A stretch of DNA of 64,000 nt from Candidatus Poseidoniales archaeon (lineage in GTDB: Archaea; Thermoplasmatota; Poseidoniia; Poseidoniales; Poseidoniaceae): positions 2,407 to 66,406 of the forward strand of contig QXXX01000087.1 of NCBI GenBank assembly GCA_009887195.1, given 5' to 3'. The notes below the pieces were generated by a model. That model did not search any database and had not been told where the DNA came from. It worked only from the letters and a program-made list of their open reading frames with translations. Positions within the stretch are counted from its first letter, which is position 1. Every line of letters starts with the position of its first letter. Made by a program: the position numbers and the translations under genes. Below are positions 19,249 through 26,315 of this stretch, piece after piece.

Positions 19249-20883
19249 TCAATCGAAATCTGCCAATTCAACTTTTATTTTATCTAACAGAGAGGCAAGT
19301 TCTTGTTTATCGGAATTAGAGATTATAGTCCTTCGATAAGAGCCCCTAAGATCAACATAATCATCCCACACCAAAGAGAACAATCTTCCGGTTAGTAAAG
19401 AGGCAGGGAACATCAACAACCACAGAATTACAATTGCAGAACCAACTGCTATGCTTCCCTGGCCAAGAACCGTCGTCCAATCAAATCCAAACGTGGTGTC
19501 AATCTCGCCTGATTGCCAAAACAACAAAGCGACAATAATAGTCGATGATATTGGCCAAATCGTAATTGAGCCAAACATAGCCGCTAAGAATTGATATGAT
19601 GTTCTAGCATCGATTCCCTCATCAGTCGAATCTCCTAAAATTCTACCAAGAGCAATTTGCGGAAGCAAAGAAAGCAGGAATACTGGTGAGAGGAGAACAA
19701 ATAAAGCACTTCTGGAAATTGCCAACGGTGTTTTGATTAAGTTGCCTCTTCTTAAACCGGTAGATTGAGCGTTTAAATCCCGTCCATCTAAACCATTATT
19801 ATGCAAAATCTCGGCAGCCTGTTCGGCTTTTTCCGCCAATGGATGGGTTATCTTTGGCGGTTGTAAATCATCAGTATCCAAAGAACGTTGTTGGTCGGAA
19901 AAGTGAGTTCTAAAATGGCGTGCTAACTTCACCTCATGACTCCAAGATGTAGGAGCTTTACCATCAAGCCTTCCCTTTACATGACCGAGAAGTTGTAGCC
20001 CGCGGTACTCTTCCCATGAATTAACATCCGGGCTAAGTGGTACTAATTTCTCTCTTAGATTATCACGAAGACGAAATACTGATTCCGCTGGTGGTTCTGA
20101 CCAAGTGCCATCTCTAACTGCTTCTATCAAATTGTCCGGAATATCTTCACTCTCAACCTGAATTGGTTTGCCGTACTCGACCCATACGTCTGTCCTGAAG
20201 TGTTCTTTTTGCCTAAAATGAAGTCCTAATGGAATCAATACTGGCAGTGGTTTGTCAGACGTTGCAGCCAAAGCCCCCGCGGCCAGTACTGTCCTCATTG
20301 GCCCAGTGCGAAATCTAAGCATGTAGGAATTATTGTGGCTCGTTCCTTCAGGGAATAATACGCACCCATAGCCATTAGCAATTCCCGAAGCGAGAGTCAT
20401 CAATGAACGGCCGTTGAGGAAATTTGCCTCTTCTTCTGTACAACCACCTCGAAGTAATTCCGCTTTCCTGACCACAGGTTGTACCGCCATTCTTCTGGTC
20501 CACCAGCCAAGCATCGGTCGAGTTACTAAGTCATGACGAGCCCCTAGCACAAAATATCTAGGGTGATTAAGTGTTATTTGTAAGGCGTCAAGCACTCCGT
20601 TGGTGTGCCAAGCACAACACAGCGAACCTCTATCTATTGGAATATTTTCAATGCCTGATGCTTCAAGTGAACGAAATTGCACCTTACTTATTCTATTACA
20701 AATCCAATAAATTAGTTTAGTCCAAAAATAAGAACCCGGTGTTTCCCCTTCAAAAGATGGCATTGGAGTAGTCAATAATTTATCCATCTTCATATTTTTT
20801 GCTGACTTTGATAAATAAGGTAGGGCATCACCATGTTGGTCTAATACTCCATCGTTCATATCTTCTGGATCTGGATGCTTCAT
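19249..20883 (-). CDS. PlsC-family (lysophospholipid/glycerol-phosphate) acyltransferase with C-terminal TM region
   Basis: Acyltransferase block I-like CCAWHTNGVLDAL, block III FPEGTSHN, and 3-4 C-terminal TM helices. Start trimmed to ATG 20883 (MKHPDPED), which overlaps the HIT gene TGA (ATGA). Confidence 0.7.
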   Translation of the reverse strand: MKHPDPEDMNDGVLDQHGDALPYLSKSAKNMKMDKLLTTPMPSFEGETPGSYFWTKLIYWICNRISKVQFRSLEASGIENIPIDRGSLCCAWHTNGVLDALQITLNHPRYFVLGARHDLVTRPMLGWWTRRMAVQPVVRKAELLRGGCTEEEANFLNGRSLMTLASGIANGYGCVLFPEGTSHNNSYMLRFRTGPMRTVLAAGALAATSDKPLPVLIPLGLHFRQKEHFRTDVWVEYGKPIQVESEDIPDNLIEAVRDGTWSEPPAESVFRLRDNLREKLVPLSPDVNSWEEYRGLQLLGHVKGRLDGKAPTSWSHEVKLARHFRTHFSDQQRSLDTDDLQPPKITHPLAEKAEQAAEILHNNGLDGRDLNAQSTGLRRGNLIKTPLAISRSALFVLLSPVFLLSLLPQIALGRILGDSTDEGIDARTSYQFLAAMFGSITIWPISSTIIVALLFWQSGEIDTTFGFDWTTVLGQGSIAVGSAIVILWLLMFPASLLTGRLFSLVWDDYVDLRGSYRRTIISNSDKQELASLLDKIKVELADFD

Positions 20884-21317
20884 GATGTCAACTCCGCAAC
20901 TTGTTGGGATATTTTCGCAAGTTTTGCGTGATCTGGTTCGCCAACTAGGTTCGTTTTTGGCCACATAGACATCAATGTCAAACCTCCGTCCCCCTTCGTT
21001 CTAGGTATTACATGTACATGTACATGAGGTACTTCTTGGCCGGCGAGGGGCCCATCATGTATGCAGATGGTGAAATCTTGAGTAGAGAATATCTTACCCA
21101 TTTTTTGTTGCGCATCTTTTACTCCTGAAAATAACCCTGCAATTTCTTGGTCATTAAGCTGCGATAGTCTGCTTACTGCCTTGTGAGGAACTACCAGTGT
21201 ATGGCCTTCACGTCGTGGGAAAATATCTAGAAAAGCATACCAGTTATCACCGCGGCCAATCTCGTGAGATGGAATTTCTCCCGACAGGATTTTTTCGAAT
21301 AATGTTTGGTCGCTCAT
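20880..21317 (-). CDS. HIT-family (histidine triad) nucleotide hydrolase/transferase
   Basis: MSDQTLFEKILSGEIP N-terminus and the histidine triad HVHVHVIP. Start trimmed from 21362 to ATG 21317. Confidence 0.9.
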   Translation of the reverse strand: MSDQTLFEKILSGEIPSHEIGRGDNWYAFLDIFPRREGHTLVVPHKAVSRLSQLNDQEIAGLFSGVKDAQQKMGKIFSTQDFTICIHDGPLAGQEVPHVHVHVIPRTKGDGGLTLMSMWPKTNLVGEPDHAKLAKISQQVAELTS

Positions 21318-21348
21318 ATCTAGGCTAGTACAACTCAGTTTTTGTTTT

Positions 21349-22968
21349 TCACTGAGGTGCAAGCACCCAATTGTCTTTCTTGCCCTTCCTTACTGCAAGA
21401 GTGCCAATATTACCATCATTATCAACGGTAATGTGGTGGATCAACTCGGGGTTTTCATCTTTGAAGTCCGCTCTTTTATGTACTCCACGTGACTCGTTTC
21501 TAGCCATTGAGGCACGGATTGAACAGGTGAGTAATCGAATACCTGCTTGTATTCGAGTCTTGGCGACAAAATTGGTATTGGCAATTAGTGAGGTTTGGTC
21601 TAAGTGGATAGAATGCGCTAATTCTGCGGCTTTAGATAAATCTGCCAAGTAGTTAGACAACTCTTCTGCGCTATTGGGGCTTGAAGTAAATTTAGTTGCT
21701 ACGTCAAGAAGCATTGAATCAATTGAGCCTATTCTTCTTACAGTCTCAGCAGATTCCTCATCGCCCGTTGTGTGGTGATTGTCAATACAGTTTTGCAGTG
21801 CTAGGACCAAGTTCTCGGTGTTAGCAAAGGATTGGGATTTGACCCACTCAGATGCATGAGTACCAGCATTGTTTCCGCCTGACAAACTGTCCAATAGTCT
21901 ATTTCCCGGTAGTGTTCCTGCTCCATTTAATCCAGAGCATGCAGAATCCCCTGCAGCGTAGAGTCCGGTAAACCATCTTGACCAACTTCCGACAACAGCT
22001 CTACCGTGTTCATCTGTTGGAATTCCTCCGATAGTTTGCTCAACTCTATTTTCAAGTCCGACTGTGAATTTGTCCATGTCAACGCCTGTGGCGCTTTTTA
22101 CTGTTCTAAATACCGAGTTCCACCATACTTTGTTGTCCCCCATGTCACGTCCATCTAAAACGGCTGGGCCTGTTTCTAATACGGTTTCACAGAGTTCGGC
22201 CATTGAATCCGCCGAAAAGGCGTCCCCAGAGGCATTACACAGACTTGCTCCGTACCCCAAGATTGAGGATGATATGCTTAGTTTTGAGTTTGCTACACCT
22301 AATGGCGTTTTAGCCATAAATTCCATGCCCCTCAATGGCATGCCAGCCTGTAAAGCTAGATCAATTCCAAACCCAATAGCAGTTCCTTGGAAGAGTCCTT
22401 CAAAACCACCATCGGCAATAATTACTGCCTTTGTTTGAATGGCAACGAACTGTCCGTTTATCATATCTAAAGTTACTAAACCATCGACTTTTTGATTGGT
22501 TTCTACCAGCATTACTGGCAATTGGTCGCTGCGCCTTACCACGCCATATTTCATGCATTGTTCTTCCAAAACTTGCTGTATATCACGAATCGATGCGTCG
22601 CCTGCATCTACTAGCCTTGGGCTATTATGACCTATTCCTTTGTGAGTTGAAGGTAGCCCCTTAGAGTCTCTACTGAATACAACCCCAGCTTTCTCCAAAT
22701 GGTTCATTTCGTCTATTGCGCTACTTGTCTTACTAGCAACAATATCTTGGTCACAAAGAAAGTATCCAGATTTGATGGTGTCTTCGCGATGACCTCGATT
22801 GTTCATTTCCTGAATCGATGCGGCAAGTCCGTCTAGGGCTGATTTATCTCCGCTGCCTAAAGCAGATGAAGAAATTAGTAGAGTTTTAGCCCCATGTTTG
22901 GCAGATTGTGCCGCAGAACGCAATGCTGCGGGGCCATCGCCGATTACAAGAATATCCCATGCTTCCAT
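21349..22968 (-). CDS. FAD-dependent oxidoreductase, succinate dehydrogenase/fumarate reductase/L-aspartate oxidase flavoprotein family (divergent)
   Basis: N-terminal dinucleotide fold DILVIGDGPAALRSA, AAGDSACSGLNGAGTLPGNRLLDSL (a divergent form of the HGANRL block), and the C-terminal ESRGVHKRADF block. No adjacent Fe-S subunit gene. Confidence 0.7.
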   Translation of the reverse strand: MEAWDILVIGDGPAALRSAAQSAKHGAKTLLISSSALGSGDKSALDGLAASIQEMNNRGHREDTIKSGYFLCDQDIVASKTSSAIDEMNHLEKAGVVFSRDSKGLPSTHKGIGHNSPRLVDAGDASIRDIQQVLEEQCMKYGVVRRSDQLPVMLVETNQKVDGLVTLDMINGQFVAIQTKAVIIADGGFEGLFQGTAIGFGIDLALQAGMPLRGMEFMAKTPLGVANSKLSISSSILGYGASLCNASGDAFSADSMAELCETVLETGPAVLDGRDMGDNKVWWNSVFRTVKSATGVDMDKFTVGLENRVEQTIGGIPTDEHGRAVVGSWSRWFTGLYAAGDSACSGLNGAGTLPGNRLLDSLSGGNNAGTHASEWVKSQSFANTENLVLALQNCIDNHHTTGDEESAETVRRIGSIDSMLLDVATKFTSSPNSAEELSNYLADLSKAAELAHSIHLDQTSLIANTNFVAKTRIQAGIRLLTCSIRASMARNESRGVHKRADFKDENPELIHHITVDNDGNIGTLAVRKGKKDNWVLAPQ

Positions 22969-23030
22969 AGTTCATCACCCAGTAGACAATCCGAGGAGTG
23001 ACTGGGAAATAAGCAAACCGCATGAACCTG

Positions 23031-23037
23031 AAAAAAA
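23031..23037 (-). terminator. Oligo-T (T7) candidate terminator after the 506-aa gene
   Basis: A7 on the + strand equals T7 on the coding strand, 11-17 nt past the TAA at 23048-23050. Archaeal termination typically uses oligo-T tracts. Confidence 0.45.
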
Positions 23038-23047
23038 GTCTCCATGG

Positions 23048-24568
23048 TTAGGTGGAAATAGGTATGTCCATTTCGCCGATTTTTCTGGCTTTTTCTAATC
23101 TCAGCATGCGTTTCCTGAGTACACTAGTTGATGATCTACTCACCTTGGTTGTCAAAATTTTAGATTCGAGAACTACGCCTTCGTCGTCTCTTAGAACAAC
23201 TTGAATATTGGTCTTGCCGAAAAAATCTCTATTCCAAGCCACATTCATCCACAATACAACGCCTTTGTGAAGATATCTTGGCAACCAATCAAGACTATCT
23301 TCCTCTTTTGGTGCTGATAATTTTAGAGCGTTTCTAGGCGGAGGGCAAGCCTCCAATTCAAATCGGTGAGTTCGAGATAATGGCTCGCCATTTGGCACTA
23401 AAACTTCAACCCGAACATTACGCTTTTCAAACGTTTGATTATTCAAAACAATAAACAGGTTTGTTGCGCCTCCCACGCAGATATCATCTAGTGCGACATC
23501 CATTCGCCACTTCGCCCTAGAGATTTCGGGCCTGCCACTCAGTAAATCAATTTGCAACCTATTTAGCAGATTAAAAGCGCTAGGCTGCCAGGCTTTTGCA
23601 TGAGAGATTAATCTTTGAATCGTGCGCCAATTGAAATCTGTTTCTGAATCATACAAGATTGGTTTTAGTTTACCTTTGGTGATAAATGAAGAAAACTCTT
23701 TGCCAACTTCCTCTGTGGATAATTCTTTTTGGTCATGTAAATATAGCAAATACAGCAATCTTTCGAGTGCTTGACGCTTATCATAACCTGGCATTAGGGC
23801 GACATGAAATTTCTTTTTCCATTCTGCCCAATCGAGTTGTAAATCCGGATCTAAGTGTGAAGAAACTAAATCACTTAGAATGCTGCCCAGCTGGGTTTGG
23901 TGGTGCGTTGGTGCATGTAAAACTAGATTAGGAAATTTATCGCCGAGTTGCCTAATGTTTAGGTTAGTATACTGGGCATGTAAAGTATAGACAAAACCAG
24001 TAATCACTGAAACCATTAATGCCAAATTCCAAGCTACAGAGCCGGATTTAGTAGCTGTAGCGAGTACAATCATTGAAAATGAAACACCTACTAATACAGT
24101 GCTAATCAAATTGTATCTTCTATGATCTCTTAGGCCGTCAATGATTCGGTCAATTCCTGGCTGAACTCGCAAAGTGTGGCGCTTCCCATCTGAAAAACCG
24201 CCTTGTTCACGCAACGAAAGTCTAGCTTGCATTGCGTGCCAAGCAGATTCAACAGCAATAATGTTAGGGAGTATGGCAAATAATGCCGGTATTGGCAAAA
24301 ATATTACTACCCAATTCAAGTCTGAAATCTGGGAAGGGAAAAATACCCCCAGCATGGCGATAAAAGACAGTAATAAACCAACAATCGAGCGCCAATATAT
24401 CAAAAATCGATTGCGGGCAAAGTTACCTACTAATTTTCGGCGGTTTTCTAATTGCTTCCATTGAAACCTGGTCTTTTCTAGTGGATCTTCTATTCTTTCG
24501 AAGCCATGACCATATGGATCGGGCAACTCGAGAGCCGAATCGAAATCATTAGACTGTTTCTTGGCCAT
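23048..24568 (-). CDS. Hypothetical membrane protein (about 4 N-terminal TM helices + soluble domain with beta-rich C-terminus)
   Basis: Long ORF with hydrophobic helices in aa 50-210. No motif that I recognise. Confidence 0.55.
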   Translation of the reverse strand: MAKKQSNDFDSALELPDPYGHGFERIEDPLEKTRFQWKQLENRRKLVGNFARNRFLIYWRSIVGLLLSFIAMLGVFFPSQISDLNWVVIFLPIPALFAILPNIIAVESAWHAMQARLSLREQGGFSDGKRHTLRVQPGIDRIIDGLRDHRRYNLISTVLVGVSFSMIVLATATKSGSVAWNLALMVSVITGFVYTLHAQYTNLNIRQLGDKFPNLVLHAPTHHQTQLGSILSDLVSSHLDPDLQLDWAEWKKKFHVALMPGYDKRQALERLLYLLYLHDQKELSTEEVGKEFSSFITKGKLKPILYDSETDFNWRTIQRLISHAKAWQPSAFNLLNRLQIDLLSGRPEISRAKWRMDVALDDICVGGATNLFIVLNNQTFEKRNVRVEVLVPNGEPLSRTHRFELEACPPPRNALKLSAPKEEDSLDWLPRYLHKGVVLWMNVAWNRDFFGKTNIQVVLRDDEGVVLESKILTTKVSRSSTSVLRKRMLRLEKARKIGEMDIPIST

Positions 24569-24640
24569 ACTATCTGGTCCTGCACATGCTTACATTTTTA
24601 CTAATTGCCTCATATTATACCAATGTTGAGCCTTTTTGAG

Positions 24641-24714
24641 CGGGCGCGGCAGGATTCGAACCCGCGATCTTCGGCTTAGGAGGCCAACGCATTATCCAGC
24701 TGTGCTACGCGCCC
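24641..24714 (-). tRNA. tRNA-Arg (anticodon CCT)
   Basis: Reverse complement GGGCGCGTAGCACAGCTGGATAATGCGTTGGCCTCCTAAGCCGAAGATCGCGGGTTCGAATCCTGCCGCGCCCG folds as a cloverleaf. It has a 7-bp acceptor stem, anticodon stem TTGGC/GCCGA, loop CTCCTAA and T-loop TTCGAAT. CCA is not encoded. Confidence 0.9.
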
Positions 24715-24729
24715 AGCCTTTCCAGTTGC

Positions 24730-24746
24730 ATACTCATGATGAGTAT
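24730..24746. repeat. Perfect 8-bp inverted repeat with 1-nt spacer (ATACTCAT g ATGAGTAT)
   Basis: Read directly. It lies between the RFC-like gene stop (24752) and the 5' end of tRNA-Arg(CCT) (24714). Confidence 0.6.
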
Positions 24747-24751
24747 TGCTA

Positions 24752-25909
24752 TCAATTTGCTAATTCAGAAATTTGAGCAACATCTAATAAAAATCGCTCT
24801 AATACAATTCTTGGTTGTGATGTTTTGAAGACTGAGACTTCGCATTTAGCCAAACTTATCATAATCTCGGAGAGCAACTTATCGCCAACATTCATTCGGC
24901 CCTCGGTTAACAAGATATGCAGATGCTTGACTATATCTTCAGCCTCTAGATTTTGTTTATCCATGATTTGATCTAGTAAGCCCATAGCACCCTTTAGAGA
25001 CCTTACATTTCTGCCATTGGTTTTTTCCCAACGCCAATCGTGTACTTTACCTCGCATGGCTTCTTCGAGCATAAGTTGAATCTCTCGAATCTTAGTTGAG
25101 GCAACAAGTTCTTGTAGATTATGACGATTGTCTAACAAATCTCTTTTTCCCATCAATTCGAGGATGAATATTGCTTTACGCAAATTGCCATTGCTAACAT
25201 GCGAGATATCGCCAACAACTCCCCTAGCACATTCCAGTTTTTCCTGTTCAACAAATTCTTGTAATTTGGCTTCAATCTGTTTAGATGAATATCTAGAGAA
25301 GCGAATGTGTTGAGTTCGGCTTCGTAGTGCCTCGATTAATCGAGAAGGAGTGGTTGTAGTAAAAATAAATCTCGAGGTTAAACTACTATGTTCCATCATT
25401 CTTCTCAAGTATGCTTGGCGTAGATTACCCAGATAATCTGCGTCCTCAATCACTATGATTCTCGATAGTTGTATTTTCCCGTCCCTCTTAGTGTTAAAAG
25501 TCTCGGCGCCCGATGGTGGTCCTGGATCGTTTGGCACATCGGCTAAGGATTCGGTAAAGATGTCTAAACTAGTTAATCCCGCCAAAGAACTACTTGACCC
25601 GCTTGGCCTTAGAAACTCCTCAAACTTTTTCATTGCACCAGGCATTCTCGAGAGGTCTTTAGCATTGAGGATATGAGTTGTTGCTTTCCACCCCGGACCT
25701 AATAATTGTCTCGCCACTAAGCGCATTGCTGCGGTTTTCCCAACCCCGCTGGGGCCTGAAAGAAGTAGGTGCGGAGGGTTAGTTCCTGTTGATGCGGTTT
25801 CCAGTGTATCTATGATGCTGTCAGCTAATAGTAAGTCGGAAAATTTAGTCGGGGCTTTTGTCTCTAGCCACGACGTCATAAGACAATTTACCGGGCGGCG
25901 GTTATTCAA
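24752..25909 (-). CDS. Replication factor C (clamp loader) small-subunit-like AAA+ protein, divergent
   Basis: Walker A LLLSGPSGVGKT, Walker B IIVIEDADYL, SRT in place of the SRC arginine-finger motif, and the sensor-2-like GNLRKAI. About 40 aa of Ser/Pro-rich insertion lie between Walker A and B. Confidence 0.7.
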   Translation of the reverse strand: MNNRRPVNCLMTSWLETKAPTKFSDLLLADSIIDTLETASTGTNPPHLLLSGPSGVGKTAAMRLVARQLLGPGWKATTHILNAKDLSRMPGAMKKFEEFLRPSGSSSSLAGLTSLDIFTESLADVPNDPGPPSGAETFNTKRDGKIQLSRIIVIEDADYLGNLRQAYLRRMMEHSSLTSRFIFTTTTPSRLIEALRSRTQHIRFSRYSSKQIEAKLQEFVEQEKLECARGVVGDISHVSNGNLRKAIFILELMGKRDLLDNRHNLQELVASTKIREIQLMLEEAMRGKVHDWRWEKTNGRNVRSLKGAMGLLDQIMDKQNLEAEDIVKHLHILLTEGRMNVGDKLLSEIMISLAKCEVSVFKTSQPRIVLERFLLDVAQISELAN

Positions 25910-25924
25910 TTATCCGCGTTGTCT

Positions 25925-26074
25925 TCACTCGGCTATAAGTTTCTTAGTACCGGTTCTACGAAGTTTCATGAAAATTCTTGAACCGCACGCTTTACAACTA
26001 ATTCCATTACGCTCTCTGTGAAACGATTCTATGCTGCCACATACTGCGCATTTGTAATCTACTAGTTCAACCAT
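25925..26074 (-). CDS. rpoP: DNA-directed RNA polymerase subunit P (Rpo12)
   Basis: 49-aa ORF below the track cutoff: MVELVDYKCAVCGSIESFHRERNGISCKACGSRIFMKLRRTGTKKLIAE. The CxxC...CxxC zinc ribbon followed by RIxxKxR is the RpoP signature. It ends 15 nt before the RFC-like gene start. Confidence 0.85.
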   Translation of the reverse strand: MVELVDYKCAVCGSIESFHRERNGISCKACGSRIFMKLRRTGTKKLIAE

Positions 26075-26171
26075 AGTACTCAACTCAAGCCACCCGACTA
26101 GTCTTCCTTTCTTAACCTGTTTGTCGCGAGTTGGATTAATGCGATGCTAAAAAGCAGCATTTTGGGAGGTT

Positions 26172-26246
26172 TGGCGCCCACTCCGGGAATTGAACCCGGG
26201 TCGCAGGAATGACAATCCTGCATGATAACCTCTACACCAAGCGGGC
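26172..26246 (-). tRNA. tRNA-Asp (anticodon GTC), CCA encoded
   Basis: Reverse complement GCCCGCTTGGTGTAGAGGTTATCATGCAGGATTGTCATTCCTGCGACCCGGGTTCAATTCCCGGAGTGGGCGCCA. Anticodon stem CAGGA/TCCTG, loop TTGTCAT, T-arm CCGGG-TTCAATT-CCCGG. Confidence 0.9.
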
Positions 26247-26273
26247 GTGTTCATAGCATCCGGAGCGCAACCG

Positions 26274-26281
26274 CTATTTAA
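26274..26281 (-). promoter_or_regulatory. Candidate TATA box for tRNA-Asp (possibly shared with the divergent 26316 gene)
   Basis: The minus strand reads TTAAATAG, centred about 32 nt upstream of the mature tRNA 5' end. On the + strand the same AT-rich element sits about 38 nt upstream of ATG 26316. Confidence 0.4.
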
Positions 26282-26315
26282 GCCGCGCCATGTGGGTCGA
26301 ACGGGGAGTAACTAG

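Noticed and set aside
20884-21362. N-terminal extensions of track ORFs: acyltransferase to 20964, HIT to 21362. The same applies to L18e to 55498, PAC2 to 40683, the beta-helix protein to 53719 and the PKD lipoprotein to 38228
   Set aside because: The extensions overlap the upstream gene or add non-homologous residues ahead of the family-typical N-terminus or signal peptide. Internal ATGs give canonical lengths and start/stop coupling.
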